64,000 nucleotides of DNA from Candidatus Dojkabacteria bacterium (GTDB lineage Bacteria; Patescibacteriota; Dojkabacteria; B142; JAFGMG01): positions 42,618 through 106,617 of the forward strand of contig JAFGMG010000012.1 of the NCBI GenBank assembly GCA_016927655.1. The letters run 5' to 3'. This document shows positions 1-9,589 of the stretch, piece by piece. The translations under genes and the position numbers were made by a program. The notes under the pieces are model-generated. The model made no database searches, was not told the origin of the DNA, and worked only from the letters and a program-made list of their open reading frames with translations. Numbering within the stretch: the first letter of the stretch is position 1; every line of letters begins with the position of its first letter.

Positions 1-1989
1 TTGTGATTCGTTCATCTGTCCGTGTCCCAAAACAAAGCGTATTTCTGGAAGCAAAGCCTCGAGTTTTTTCCTTACTGATTGAATTGTCTGAACTCTGTTG
101 TGAACAAAATATACCTGTCCGCCTCTCTCAACTTCTTTTTTTATCGCATTTCGTATTTCATCCCAATTCTTTTCATGAACGAAAGTTGCAACAGGTTTTC
201 TTCCCTTTGGAGGAGTTGAAATGATAGAAATGTCCTGGATTTCTGCTAACGCCATACTGAGTGTTCTTGGAATCGGGGTAGCCGTCATACTTAGAATATG
301 GGCTCCATATTTTATTTGTTTAAGCTTCTCTTTTTGTCTTACTCCAAATTTCTGCTCCTCATCAATAATCACAAGTCCTAACTTCGCAATTTTTACATCA
401 GAGCTTAAAAGTCTGTGAGTGCCAATTATTATATCGATTTTGCCATTATTTAATTTTTCCACTGTGTCTCTATTTTCCATGCTGGCTCTAAACCTTGACA
501 GCATATCTACTTTCATTCCAAATTTCTTAAAACGATCTTTAAAAACCTTGTAATGCTGCATGGCAAGAACTGTAGTCGGACAAAGAACAGCAACTTGATA
601 GCCGTCCTGGACAACCTTGAATGCGGCTCGCATTGCGACTTCTGTTTTTCCGAAACCGACATCGCCGACAATCAGCCTGTTCATTGGGTTTTGGCTGGCA
701 ATATCTGACAAAACATCTCTAATAGTTGCCCTTTGATCCTCTGTCTCTTCATAGCCAAAACCACTTACAAATTTCTCATAAGCAGCGTCCTGACTTGTTT
801 GAATTATTGGTGCTTTTGAAAGCTCGATTTTTGCATAATGCTCGGCTAGATCTTTAGCAAATAGAATTATTGATTTCCTAGCTTTTTTTGCAATTTTCTG
901 CCAGGTCTGCCTGTCAAGAGTAGTAATTACAGGCGGCTCACTCGATACATTGATAAATTTGGTTACTTTGTGTAATTGATTAAAGGGGATTAAAAGCTCA
1001 TCCTCATTTGCATAGCCAAGACTTAAATATTCCTCTTTGTTTTCTCTAACCAGCCCTTTATAGAGGCCGATCCCATGATCTTCGTGTACAAGATAATCAC
1101 CAATTTCTACTTCGCCTTCAATTTTTTCAAGCAGCTGTCTGGCTTTTTTGGAGCTTATTTTCTTTTGTTTTTCCTTGGTAATAAACAGCGTCCCAAACAA
1201 TTCCCGATCAGTGAAAAATGCTGTTTTATCTTTCTTATCTAAAAATCCTGCTGCCAGGTCTGTTTTTTTACTGAGGTATTTTTTCAGCGTATCAGGGAGC
1301 TGCATTTCATGCTTGGTTTGGATAAGGATTTTCCAGCCAGCATTTTCCAGCCTTTGCATTTCTCTTTCAAACAAATCAATTCTTCCATAAAACAGCTGCG
1401 GATAATCCATCGCAAGTTCAATTGTACTATCTGCAGCTAGTGGAAAATGTCCAAATACTATTATTTGATAAATACCAGCCAGTTTGTCTGCTTTAGTTTC
1501 AATACTTATATTTCCCCATTCGACCTTATCGTCTAAAATGTGTGTATCGCCAATAATTATTTCACTTATTTTTTCTACTTCAGTTCCATAAATTTCATCG
1601 TAAATATACATTTTCTCAATCTCTTCATCGAAAAACTCTATTCTAATTGGATGTAAATAGCCGATTGGCCAGGCTGATATCACATCTCCAATTCTTGAAA
1701 ACTGCCCAGTCTCCTCAACCTTTGGACAAATCTCAAATCCGTTTTTCTCTAAAATCAGTTCAACTGCTGCATATGTGAAATTTTTATCTAATTGTTCGAT
1801 ATTTTGAAGAAATCTCTCAATTTCGCTTGTCCAGTTTCTAACTATTATTAGATTAGCAGATTTTGCCTTACTGGATCTGTACTTCGAGAGGATTTTATCT
1901 TGTAAATGCGTGAGTCCCCCTTTTATATTTATGAGGGGGTATGCAAAACGGTTGTTTTTTCTAATTGTCGCATTTGCAAACATGAACAT
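1..1989 (-). CDS. mfd: Transcription-repair coupling factor, runs off the window start; missing from the ORF track
   Basis: Minus-strand translation gives GDVGFGKTEVAMRAAF, DEEQKFG, SATPIPRTL, the CarD/TRCF-like HEDHGIGLYKG and PIRIEFFDEEIE. In-frame ATGs at 1989 and 1983. Confidence 0.92.
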   Translation of the reverse strand, partial: MFMFANATIRKNNRFAYPLINIKGGLTHLQDKILSKYRSSKAKSANLIIVRNWTSEIERFLQNIEQLDKNFTYAAVELILEKNGFEICPKVEETGQFSRIGDVISAWPIGYLHPIRIEFFDEEIEKMYIYDEIYGTEVEKISEIIIGDTHILDDKVEWGNISIETKADKLAGIYQIIVFGHFPLAADSTIELAMDYPQLFYGRIDLFEREMQRLENAGWKILIQTKHEMQLPDTLKKYLSKKTDLAAGFLDKKDKTAFFTDRELFGTLFITKEKQKKISSKKARQLLEKIEGEVEIGDYLVHEDHGIGLYKGLVRENKEEYLSLGYANEDELLIPFNQLHKVTKFINVSSEPPVITTLDRQTWQKIAKKARKSIILFAKDLAEHYAKIELSKAPIIQTSQDAAYEKFVSGFGYEETEDQRATIRDVLSDIASQNPMNRLIVGDVGFGKTEVAMRAAFKVVQDGYQVAVLCPTTVLAMQHYKVFKDRFKKFGMKVDMLSRFRASMENRDTVEKLNNGKIDIIIGTHRLLSSDVKIAKLGLVIIDEEQKFGVRQKEKLKQIKYGAHILSMTATPIPRTLSMALAEIQDISIISTPPKGRKPVATFVHEKNWDEIRNAIKKEVERGGQVYFVHNRVQTIQSVRKKLEALLPEIRFVLGHGQMNESQ

Positions 1990-2007
1990 GTGTATTATAC
2001 TGTAGAC
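1990..2007. promoter_or_regulatory. Overlapping divergent -10 elements between mfd and the ATE/Bpt-like gene
   Basis: GTATTATACTG contains TATAAT on the minus strand and TATACT on the plus strand; only 18 bp separate the two ATGs. Confidence 0.55.
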
Positions 2008-2721
2008 ATGAAGTATTACAAAACGGATGAAAAAGAAGTGGATGGTTTAACCGGGAAAGAAATTGAAGAACTATATGATGATGGCTATGTACTGACTAGA
2101 ATTGGCAAACTCCAGCAGACAAGGAGCTTGAGGATCGATCTATCTGTATTTGAGCCAAGCAGCGAAAACAGGCGTGTTTTAAGAAAAGCGGAAGAGCTGG
2201 AAATGCTTTCATTTGATCTGCCGTTACCAGATAATTCAACAAACTGGAAAGTGCATTCACTTGGTAAAGTTTTTTATAAAGAAAAATTTGATGATGCCGG
2301 CTTTAGTGCGAATAAAATCCGCGAATTGCTGCTAACAAAACAAAACAAGTTTAATAAATTGTTTGTTTTCTATCAGAATAATCAACTCCCAAATAATGTA
2401 GCTGCAGAAAGCATCGATCATTCAAAGACGCTTGGCTACGTAATCTGCTATATGACGGAGTCAATTTTGCACTATTGTTATCCTTTTTATGATCTGATGA
2501 ATTCCGGCTCTTTCCCTATTGGAATGGCGATGATGCTTGAAGCGATAATTTGGGCAAAAGAGCAGAATTTAAAGTACATTTATCTGGGCTCTTTTACCAG
2601 ACCTGCTGATAGATATAAGCTTCAATTTAAAGGTCTAGAATGGTTTGACTCAGCTATTAGAAAGGAAAAAGATGGGCAGCTATGGTCAAAAGATCTTGAT
2701 AAACTAAAGACACTCGCTTGA
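2008..2721 (+). CDS. Aminoacyl-tRNA-protein transferase, ATE/Bpt-like (GNAT fold)
   Basis: RSLRIDL..F.PS...RRVLRK, YPFYD and AKEQNLKYIYLG...YKLQF match the ATE_C pattern. Start moved to ATG 2008 to avoid overlap with mfd. Confidence 0.75.
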   Translation: MKYYKTDEKEVDGLTGKEIEELYDDGYVLTRIGKLQQTRSLRIDLSVFEPSSENRRVLRKAEELEMLSFDLPLPDNSTNWKVHSLGKVFYKEKFDDAGFSANKIRELLLTKQNKFNKLFVFYQNNQLPNNVAAESIDHSKTLGYVICYMTESILHYCYPFYDLMNSGSFPIGMAMMLEAIIWAKEQNLKYIYLGSFTRPADRYKLQFKGLEWFDSAIRKEKDGQLWSKDLDKLKTLA

Positions 2722-2740
2722 TCTTGCCTGCAGCCTTGAT

Positions 2741-3055
2741 TTACTTGACCAATTTCCAGTTTTCAGCAAGCAGCGTGACGACAGCTTTTGCTTCTTTGTC
2801 CTTTTTGGAAGTATACGCCTCATAATCTGGCTGACCGTATATGAAGACCGTGTCGCCTTTTTTAATCAGCTTTGAAGCAGCTTCTGCTCTTTTGCCAAAA
2901 AAGACCACATCGTAAAAATACGTTGTCTCCTCATCTTCTTTTTTCTTTATGTTTACAGCAACTCCAAATTTGGCGTAGCTCTTCTTTGCTTTGCTTTTTT
3001 TGACTTCAACGTCAGTGGTAGCACGACCAAGCACCATTAAATGATGAAAATACAT
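2741..3055 (-). CDS. Second single-stranded DNA-binding protein, short, without acidic tail
   Basis: OB-fold SSB motifs LGRATTDVE, FGVAVN, VVFFGKRAE, KGDTVFIYG; ends WKLVK. Confidence 0.85.
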   Translation of the reverse strand: MYFHHLMVLGRATTDVEVKKSKAKKSYAKFGVAVNIKKKEDEETTYFYDVVFFGKRAEAASKLIKKGDTVFIYGQPDYEAYTSKKDKEAKAVVTLLAENWKLVK

Positions 3056-3151
3056 AAAAATAAAATAATAATTAATGCCGACTTTATAGCAAAGGGAAAT
3101 TGCCAAAATATGGAATATTAATGAAGGAATGATGGAAATTGATGGAAATTA

Positions 3152-4090
3152 CTAAAATCTGTGCAAATCATAGCTGCGCCCCTCTCCCTCAAACCAGGTT
3201 ATCTGCCTTTTGGCGTACTGTTTATGAGCCAGCGCGATCTTCTCAATCAATTCACCCTTAGATTTTATTACGCCATCAATATACTCAATTGTTTGTCTAT
3301 AACCAGTTGCCTGCATTGATTTGAGATCCTTGGCAAAGCCTTTTGCCAAAAGGGCCTCTACTTCCTCTATCAATCCTTCATTAACCATCTCCTCAGCCCG
3401 TTTTTCTATTTTTCTTATCAACTCTTCCTGTTTGTAGTTCGGATAATAAAACTCTACCTCATAGGTATCTATTATTCCCATGCTCGATTTTCCAATTAGC
3501 CTTTTATCATACTGTTTCTCAATTTTTCGAATCAACCTCCTTGGATTTTTCTGATCGGATTCATTAAGTTTATCTAAATCAAAACCAGTGTTTTCAAGCT
3601 CCTGCTGGAGTCTTTTTAGATCCAATACCTCAAGTTTTCTTCTAAGTTCTGGATTAGGTGCTGCTTTCATTTCGTACCCTTTAATCAATCCATCTATATA
3701 CAAACCGCTGCCACCAACGATTATTGGTGTTTTTTTACGTTTTATAATATTTTTAATAACTGCGATTGCGAGGATTTGGAAATGTGCAACGGTGAAATTG
3801 AAATCTGGAGGGACAATGTCAAACATCCAGCCTATGACCCCGGATCCCTCTATTTCAAAAGGGCAGATTTCAAAATTCCTTTCTAGTGCCTCGACTTTTA
3901 TCGGGCTTTCTAATGAAGATCGCTTCATCTTTTCTTTATTCGTGCCAATATCCATTCCCTCATAAACCTGCATCGAATCAGCATTAACGATTTCACCATC
4001 AACCTCACGGGCGAGTTCAATCGCCTTCGAGGTTTTGCCCGATGCTGTCGGGCCGCCGATTATGTAAATCTTATTTGGGAGCTTTATCAT
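3152..4090 (-). CDS. miaA: tRNA dimethylallyltransferase
   Basis: GPTASGKT, NADSMQVY, VGGSGLY, YAKRQITWF. Confidence 0.95.
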   Translation of the reverse strand: MIKLPNKIYIIGGPTASGKTSKAIELAREVDGEIVNADSMQVYEGMDIGTNKEKMKRSSLESPIKVEALERNFEICPFEIEGSGVIGWMFDIVPPDFNFTVAHFQILAIAVIKNIIKRKKTPIIVGGSGLYIDGLIKGYEMKAAPNPELRRKLEVLDLKRLQQELENTGFDLDKLNESDQKNPRRLIRKIEKQYDKRLIGKSSMGIIDTYEVEFYYPNYKQEELIRKIEKRAEEMVNEGLIEEVEALLAKGFAKDLKSMQATGYRQTIEYIDGVIKSKGELIEKIALAHKQYAKRQITWFEGEGRSYDLHRF

Positions 4091-4979
4091 CCAAGAGATC
4101 CATTATAATTTTCGTCCAGTAAGCATATGAATATACTTGATATGGACTATTAACTGTTCCAGCGAGAATTAAAATACCTATAAGAGCAGCGACTAAGAAT
4201 ACCACACCGATTACTGAATTTACCAGCAGCATTCCGATCCCTAAAATCGTCAATATAATAGCTGGCACTCCCACTGCCATCAATGCAATGATCGCCCAGG
4301 CACAGCCTGGCACAATAGAGACAACTGCAGCAAGAATGATATTTAATACCCTTTCTTTCATCAGCTTAAATCCAGCCTTTATACTCTCCATAGCTCCGGC
4401 ATTATTTAGCACAAGATATCTATGCGCAATTGTATAGGTAATCGCCCAGCCGATAAAATAAATAATATAGAATGGCACCAGACAGCAAAGCAGAATAAAT
4501 ACTGGAGGAAATATTATTCCTCCGATAACTAGAACTATCAATGGCAAAAATACTAAAAAATTTATCGCAAAGCCCGTAAGATCAAGCATCATAATATCAA
4601 GAGCGTGTGACTGGCCATCCCTCCAGCTAGATTTTAGACTCAAATCCTGTGAGTTTCTGTCTTTTTTGACAGCCTCGGTTAGAGCGCCCTTTGACACACT
4701 AAGTAAATACCAGCCAATCAGGGAGACAACAAATACAACACATAATCCAGCAATCAAGATAACCCAAAATAATGGGCTGAGAACAAAATCCTCCACATCA
4801 GACGCAAATTCGTCCATTTTTGCAGTATCTTCCGAACCGCTTGGGAAACTATAATTAGGACTCCCGCCGGAACCCCCGCCTCCGCCAAAGACTGTCAGAA
4901 TAAATCCAAAAACCCAGAGGAATTTGTATTTCCATGCAAATTCTATAGATTCTTTAATTTTATCGACATAATAATTCAT
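4071..4979 (-). CDS. Integral membrane protein of unknown function
   Basis: Several long hydrophobic segments and a Gly-rich loop; 302 aa ORF. Confidence 0.75.
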   Translation of the reverse strand: MNYYVDKIKESIEFAWKYKFLWVFGFILTVFGGGGGSGGSPNYSFPSGSEDTAKMDEFASDVEDFVLSPLFWVILIAGLCVVFVVSLIGWYLLSVSKGALTEAVKKDRNSQDLSLKSSWRDGQSHALDIMMLDLTGFAINFLVFLPLIVLVIGGIIFPPVFILLCCLVPFYIIYFIGWAITYTIAHRYLVLNNAGAMESIKAGFKLMKERVLNIILAAVVSIVPGCAWAIIALMAVGVPAIILTILGIGMLLVNSVIGVVFLVAALIGILILAGTVNSPYQVYSYAYWTKIIMDLLDDKAPK

Positions 4980-5072
4980 AACTTTAGCGGGATAATAATT
5001 AATTAAGGTTTAATTTATTCGCTATCAAGATAGCATTATTTGCAAATGTCGTAAACTATATTTCAAATGGGC

Positions 5073-5102
5073 TTGACATCTTCGGCTTTCTTTCGGTATC
5101 AT
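5073..5102 (+). promoter_or_regulatory. Sigma70 promoter with a candidate LexA (SOS) box in the spacer
   Basis: TTGACA(5073)-N18-TATCAT(5097); TTCGG-N6-TTCGG at 5081-5096 upstream of the dinB operon. Confidence 0.7.
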
Positions 5103-5109
5103 ACTGGTA

Positions 5110-5364
5110 ATGAAACGCTATGAAAAAGTCCACGAACCAGTCAATGTTGTTGTAGTTTACAAAGCCGGCAAAACTCGAATTGAAGGGTTTAAATGGCAGA
5201 ATGAACTCTATAGAATCTCCAGAAATAACTTGCTGACAAAAGCGCAAAAAGGTTCTGTGCCCATTTATTTATTTTCAGTCTCAAATGACAAAGGAGCCTA
5301 CCAGCTTAGATTTGAAACTGACACTTTAGATTGGTTTTTGGAAGAAATTATTTGGGAAGATTAG
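5110..5364 (+). CDS. Small dinB-associated hypothetical protein (DUF6504-like)
   Basis: 84 aa, F.W....Y.I and L.F......W.L patterns; 3 bp upstream of dinB. Confidence 0.7.
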   Translation: MKRYEKVHEPVNVVVVYKAGKTRIEGFKWQNELYRISRNNLLTKAQKGSVPIYLFSVSNDKGAYQLRFETDTLDWFLEEIIWED

Positions 5365-5367
5365 CTA

Positions 5368-6630
5368 ATGCAACTACCAGAGCCCAGAAGAACAATTTTG
5401 CATATTGATTTGAATTCTTTCTTTGCAACAGCAGAGCAGCAGGCAAATCCCTTTTTGCGCGGTAAATCTATGGGAGTCGGGATGAGAGATTACGCCGGAT
5501 CGGCGATTTTGGCAGCGTCGTATCCTGCAAAATGGCAGGGGATTGGGCTTTCGACTAGATACAATGTAGCCAAAAGTATTGACCCGGATTTTGAGCTGGC
5601 TAGTATGGATCCGGTTAAATATTATGATCTGCACAACAGATTTATTGCCATTTTGCAGCAGTTTAGCCCGCAAATTGAAATTTACAGTATAGATGAAGCC
5701 TTTCTGGACATTACCAATCTCACCAAGTCCAGGCGCGATGCGTGGGAAATAAGCTTTGAAGCCAAGCATCAAATCACCAGACAAATGGGAGCAGCGATTA
5801 CTTGCAGTATCGGCATCGCGCCTAACAAACTTCTTGCCAAAATCGCTTCCGACCACGATAAGCCGGATGGTATTACCGAAATCAAGTGGGAAGAGAGGTT
5901 CGAATATCTTGATCCCCTTCCAATTCAGGACGTCTGGGGCATCGGACGAAACATCAGCTACAAAATGAACAAAGCGGGGATCCATACCATTAGACAGATT
6001 CGGGAATTGAGCGACGACGCACTTTACGCCATTATCAAAGGGTACTACAGCAGACTTAGATTGCTCGTTGATGGTTACAACTTCGAACCCGTAACTTCTA
6101 ATCGAGAAAGAAAGCCCGCGCAAAGTATGCAGCATGCGCATACTTTGCATAACGCAACAAGCAGCAAGGCAGAGCTTCATTCACTCGCAAAAAAAATGTC
6201 TGAACGTCTAGCCATCAGACTAAGAAGGCACAGCCAGCGAAGTTCCAAGGGCTTTATTAGTTTTGCATACGCAAATATGGGGAAATACGACTGGAACTTC
6301 GCCCATTGGTTCGGGAGCAATTTTGCTCTGGGAGAACTTACCGATTCTGGCGAGAAAATTTATAGAGCTTGTGCGCCAATAATTGATGAGACAGAGCTTA
6401 AACAGAAAATTAGAAGAATTACGGTCGGACTTTTTGATCTGAGTATTCCGGATCAATTGATTTTGGAAAAACCATCAAAAGAAAGTTCACTGAAATCTGC
6501 GATTGATGAGATCAATGATCGTTTTGGCAGTTTCAAAATCCGCACCGCAGATATCCTCCATCAATACGCTAAAGAGACAGAACTCTCCAGCGCTAAACAC
6601 AACATGCGCTTTCATGCCTGCCTGCCGTGA
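5368..6630 (+). CDS. dinB: DNA polymerase IV (Y family)
   Basis: HIDLNSFFA, AASYPAK, YSIDEAFLD, SIGIAPNKLLAKIASD.KPDG, WGIG. Confidence 0.95.
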   Translation: MQLPEPRRTILHIDLNSFFATAEQQANPFLRGKSMGVGMRDYAGSAILAASYPAKWQGIGLSTRYNVAKSIDPDFELASMDPVKYYDLHNRFIAILQQFSPQIEIYSIDEAFLDITNLTKSRRDAWEISFEAKHQITRQMGAAITCSIGIAPNKLLAKIASDHDKPDGITEIKWEERFEYLDPLPIQDVWGIGRNISYKMNKAGIHTIRQIRELSDDALYAIIKGYYSRLRLLVDGYNFEPVTSNRERKPAQSMQHAHTLHNATSSKAELHSLAKKMSERLAIRLRRHSQRSSKGFISFAYANMGKYDWNFAHWFGSNFALGELTDSGEKIYRACAPIIDETELKQKIRRITVGLFDLSIPDQLILEKPSKESSLKSAIDEINDRFGSFKIRTADILHQYAKETELSSAKHNMRFHACLP

Positions 6631-6649
6631 GAAAGGGGATATTTGAACT

Positions 6650-6919
6650 CTACCATGACTCAAGACCCTTCTCTCTCATCGAGAGAAATTCTATTTCATA
6701 CTGTAAGACATCTAGGACTTTTAATAAGCTCTCAAGCTTGACTGGTTCACCCCTTTCGAGTTTCCAAATAGTCTTAGTACTCAATCCCGTCAGTTCAGAT
6801 AGTTTCGTAGCAGAGACTCCAACGTTACGCCTCATAAATTTAACCTGATAGCCAATTTCGGCTTGTCTGGCTTTGACATCATTGTATGGAGGTTTCAATT
6901 TTCGCAGCTCAGGCAACAT
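6650..6919 (-). CDS. Small XRE-family HTH regulator
   Basis: SATKLSELTGLSTKTIWKLERG HTH; paralog of 35220..35516. Confidence 0.8.
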   Translation of the reverse strand: MLPELRKLKPPYNDVKARQAEIGYQVKFMRRNVGVSATKLSELTGLSTKTIWKLERGEPVKLESLLKVLDVLQYEIEFLSMREKGLESW

Positions 6920-7077
6920 GTCTTGATATTTAACTACTTACTTTGGGTTAATGTTTTTTATTATATCAAATTTTACCCTTGAGAAGCTCCTGCTGGCGAA
7001 TCAAACGGAGAATGATTTTCTTATTGAATATTTTCTTAACCGATAGTAAGTGGCCGATTTCTTGGCATACGTCTATA

Positions 7078-7647
7078 TCATTGATCTTTCATCAACGCAT
7101 AGAAGTCTTCATATCCCATTTGAATTGCAGTGTATGCCATATCTACGAGACTCCAAATGTTATGTGGAATAAGTAAACCATCATTAACTTTTTCTCCAGC
7201 ATATTCTGATAGTACAGTTTTTACTGGCATCCATTCAAATCCGATAATTTCAGAGCTGGGAGTGACAGAGAAACTTAATTCCTCGTCTAACCAGATAATT
7301 CCAGCATAATCCATACAGGGTTTACCGTCCTTTTGCCATGCACTTCCCACAACGAATTTTAAGTTATCATCATATGCTATAGGATTTGTTACACCTTCCT
7401 CCCTTAACTCCCTATCAAAAGCAGCGTACCACAATTCTTCAAGAGTTGGTTTGTCACCAAATGCTGCTTCTAAAGAGTCAAAGTCGCATGTTTCAATGGC
7501 TCCACCTGGAAGTAACAAATAACCTTTATGGTGTTTGAGCATTAAAACCTCTGGATCTTTTGGATTTCTTAATAAGATTACCTTCGCGCCTTTTCGGAAA
7601 GTTTCGACATCTTCTCTTTCAAGATTTCCACCAGAGAGAATAGACAT
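7078..7647 (-). CDS. NUDIX hydrolase
   Basis: LPGGAIE...AAFDRELREEG, a Nudix box with an insertion. Confidence 0.8.
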   Translation of the reverse strand: MSILSGGNLEREDVETFRKGAKVILLRNPKDPEVLMLKHHKGYLLLPGGAIETCDFDSLEAAFGDKPTLEELWYAAFDRELREEGVTNPIAYDDNLKFVVGSAWQKDGKPCMDYAGIIWLDEELSFSVTPSSEIIGFEWMPVKTVLSEYAGEKVNDGLLIPHNIWSLVDMAYTAIQMGYEDFYALMKDQ

Positions 7648-7677
7648 AATAGAAATTTTAAAAAAGACGGCAGTTTA

Positions 7678-9033
7678 TCAAGCCTCTTCTGCTATTTTCA
7701 TAAGCTTTTTCTTCACCGCTTCTTGATCGCTCCATGGATATTCTCTTTCTTCTGCACCAAAGGCCAGACTCTTTTCATGACCTTTTCCAGTTATGAAAAC
7801 TATATCGTTTTTTTCGGCAAGTTTTAGAGCCAGATCAATTGCATCCTCCCTGCTTCTCGGGCTATTTTCGTCAAATGCAAAAAATGGTTTATGCTTACTC
7901 TCAAAAGCTTCCCGCACTTTACTTTGCAATTCCTGCAAATCTGCGCTTTGATAAAGCTTTCTATTTGCAAATCTTTTTATTAGAGCTGCACCCTCTTTAA
8001 CTCCATGTAAAATTATTTCATCATTCACTTCCTCAAGTAACTCATCTCTTGGATCCTCGGATGTCAAAATTGTAATATCCGCCATTTTTGCACTCACAGC
8101 ACCCATCCGTCTTCTGCCTTTGTCCCTTTTGCCCGCACATCCAAAGACAGCTATTATTCTTGAATTCTTGTGTTTGATAGAAACTACAGACTCCAAAGCT
8201 CTTTGTAAAGCACCGGGAGTATGGGCAAAATCAACGATCACCCCAAATGGCTTTGACTGCATTATCTGCATCCTGCCTTCCGGAGTTTTAAAACTAGTCA
8301 GTGCATCTTTGATCTTTTCTAATGGGAGATATCGCTGCATAACCCTTATTGCCTGCAGGGCATTTTCAAAATTATGTTCGCCCAAAATTGGTATCCTAAA
8401 ATGAATATCGTCAAGATCAAATTCAAGCCCCTTTATACTCATAGATTTATTCTTCAAATTCCTTTTAGACACCCATTTCACATAAACAAGCTGTTTTAGA
8501 TCATCCGATCTTTGAGTAAGCCACTTAGCACTTTTTTCATCGTCTTGATTCAATACGGCCAAACCTTCGTGTCTCAATCCTTCAATAAGCTTGAATTTCG
8601 CCCTTGCATAATTCTCCCAGGTTTTATGATAGTCGAGATGGTCTTCTCTGATATTTGTAATAATTGCAGCATCAAATTCTATATAGCTCAATCTGTTTTG
8701 ATCAAGCCCATTTGAAGTCGATTCTAAAACGACATATTCCATGCCAGCTTTTTTCATCATTTTCAGATACTTGGGAACCACCCATGGATCTGGTGTCGTT
8801 ACATGCAGCCCTGAATCAAGACTTTTATCACCAACCAGCACCTCAATCGTGCTTATCATACCGACCTTCATCCCAGAAGCCTTCAAGATATGATAAATCA
8901 TCGAAACGGTGGTCGTTTTGCCATCAGTCCCGGTAACCCCGATTATCTTTAAATTCTTAGCTGGGAAGCCATATCTGATATTTGCAATATATGCTTGGAA
9001 TTTATGAATTCTATTTTTTATCAGTCTTATCAT
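7678..9033 (-). CDS. murE: UDP-N-acetylmuramoyl-tripeptide synthetase
   Basis: GVTGTDGKTTT, HVTTPD, TNIREDHLDYH, VDFAHTP, SEDPR, GKGHE. Confidence 0.93.
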   Translation of the reverse strand: MIRLIKNRIHKFQAYIANIRYGFPAKNLKIIGVTGTDGKTTTVSMIYHILKASGMKVGMISTIEVLVGDKSLDSGLHVTTPDPWVVPKYLKMMKKAGMEYVVLESTSNGLDQNRLSYIEFDAAIITNIREDHLDYHKTWENYARAKFKLIEGLRHEGLAVLNQDDEKSAKWLTQRSDDLKQLVYVKWVSKRNLKNKSMSIKGLEFDLDDIHFRIPILGEHNFENALQAIRVMQRYLPLEKIKDALTSFKTPEGRMQIMQSKPFGVIVDFAHTPGALQRALESVVSIKHKNSRIIAVFGCAGKRDKGRRRMGAVSAKMADITILTSEDPRDELLEEVNDEIILHGVKEGAALIKRFANRKLYQSADLQELQSKVREAFESKHKPFFAFDENSPRSREDAIDLALKLAEKNDIVFITGKGHEKSLAFGAEEREYPWSDQEAVKKKLMKIAEEA

Positions 9034-9589
9034 TCCCAAATGCTAATTTTAATTTATTTCTAATCCGGTGCAGCCTGGTGCCAATATTTGTTTCTGAAAG
9101 TCCAACTAGTTTCGCAATTGATTTATTGTCCATTCCTTCGAAATATTTATAATAAATCAGGTATTGATCCTGGTCTTTAAATTCTCTTATTGCATTATAC
9201 AAGTGAATGTAGTCTTCGTCATCGATAAGCATTTGCAGAGTACTTTCACTTTGCGCCTCAATAAATTCAGAAATATCTTCTAAGGAAACCGAACCTTTGT
9301 ATTTATTGCTTTTACGATAATGATCTATCACTGTATTTCTTGCTACCCGGAATATCCATGCACTCATCGAAATACCCTGCCATTGGAAGTCATCAATCGA
9401 CTTCATAATTTTCTCAAAAATCTGGCTTGTCAGATCTTCAGCAATATGCTGATCACTCACTCTGCGAAGTACGAAATCGTAAACTCTTTCATGATAACTC
9501 TCATAAACTAATGTGAAATCTTTCTTGTTAAGCTTTTCCTTATCAGCAAGCTTTTTCTGTTCTTGTGGGTTATCAATTAGATTGTTCAA
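9011..9589 (-). CDS. ECF-type RNA polymerase sigma factor
   Basis: Region 2 AEDLTSQIF..AWIFRVARNTVIDHYRK; region 4 YFEGMDNKSIAKLVGLSETNIGTRLHRIRNKLK. Confidence 0.9.
   Translation of the reverse strand: MNNLIDNPQEQKKLADKEKLNKKDFTLVYESYHERVYDFVLRRVSDQHIAEDLTSQIFEKIMKSIDDFQWQGISMSAWIFRVARNTVIDHYRKSNKYKGSVSLEDISEFIEAQSESTLQMLIDDEDYIHLYNAIREFKDQDQYLIYYKYFEGMDNKSIAKLVGLSETNIGTRLHRIRNKLKLAFGNDKTDKK

Noticed and set aside
1906-2007. 5' extension of the ATE-like ORF given in the track
   Set aside because: It overlaps the mfd start on the opposite strand; ATG 2008 has its own -10
5374-6180. 268-aa antisense ORF
   Set aside because: Shadow of dinB with no motifs
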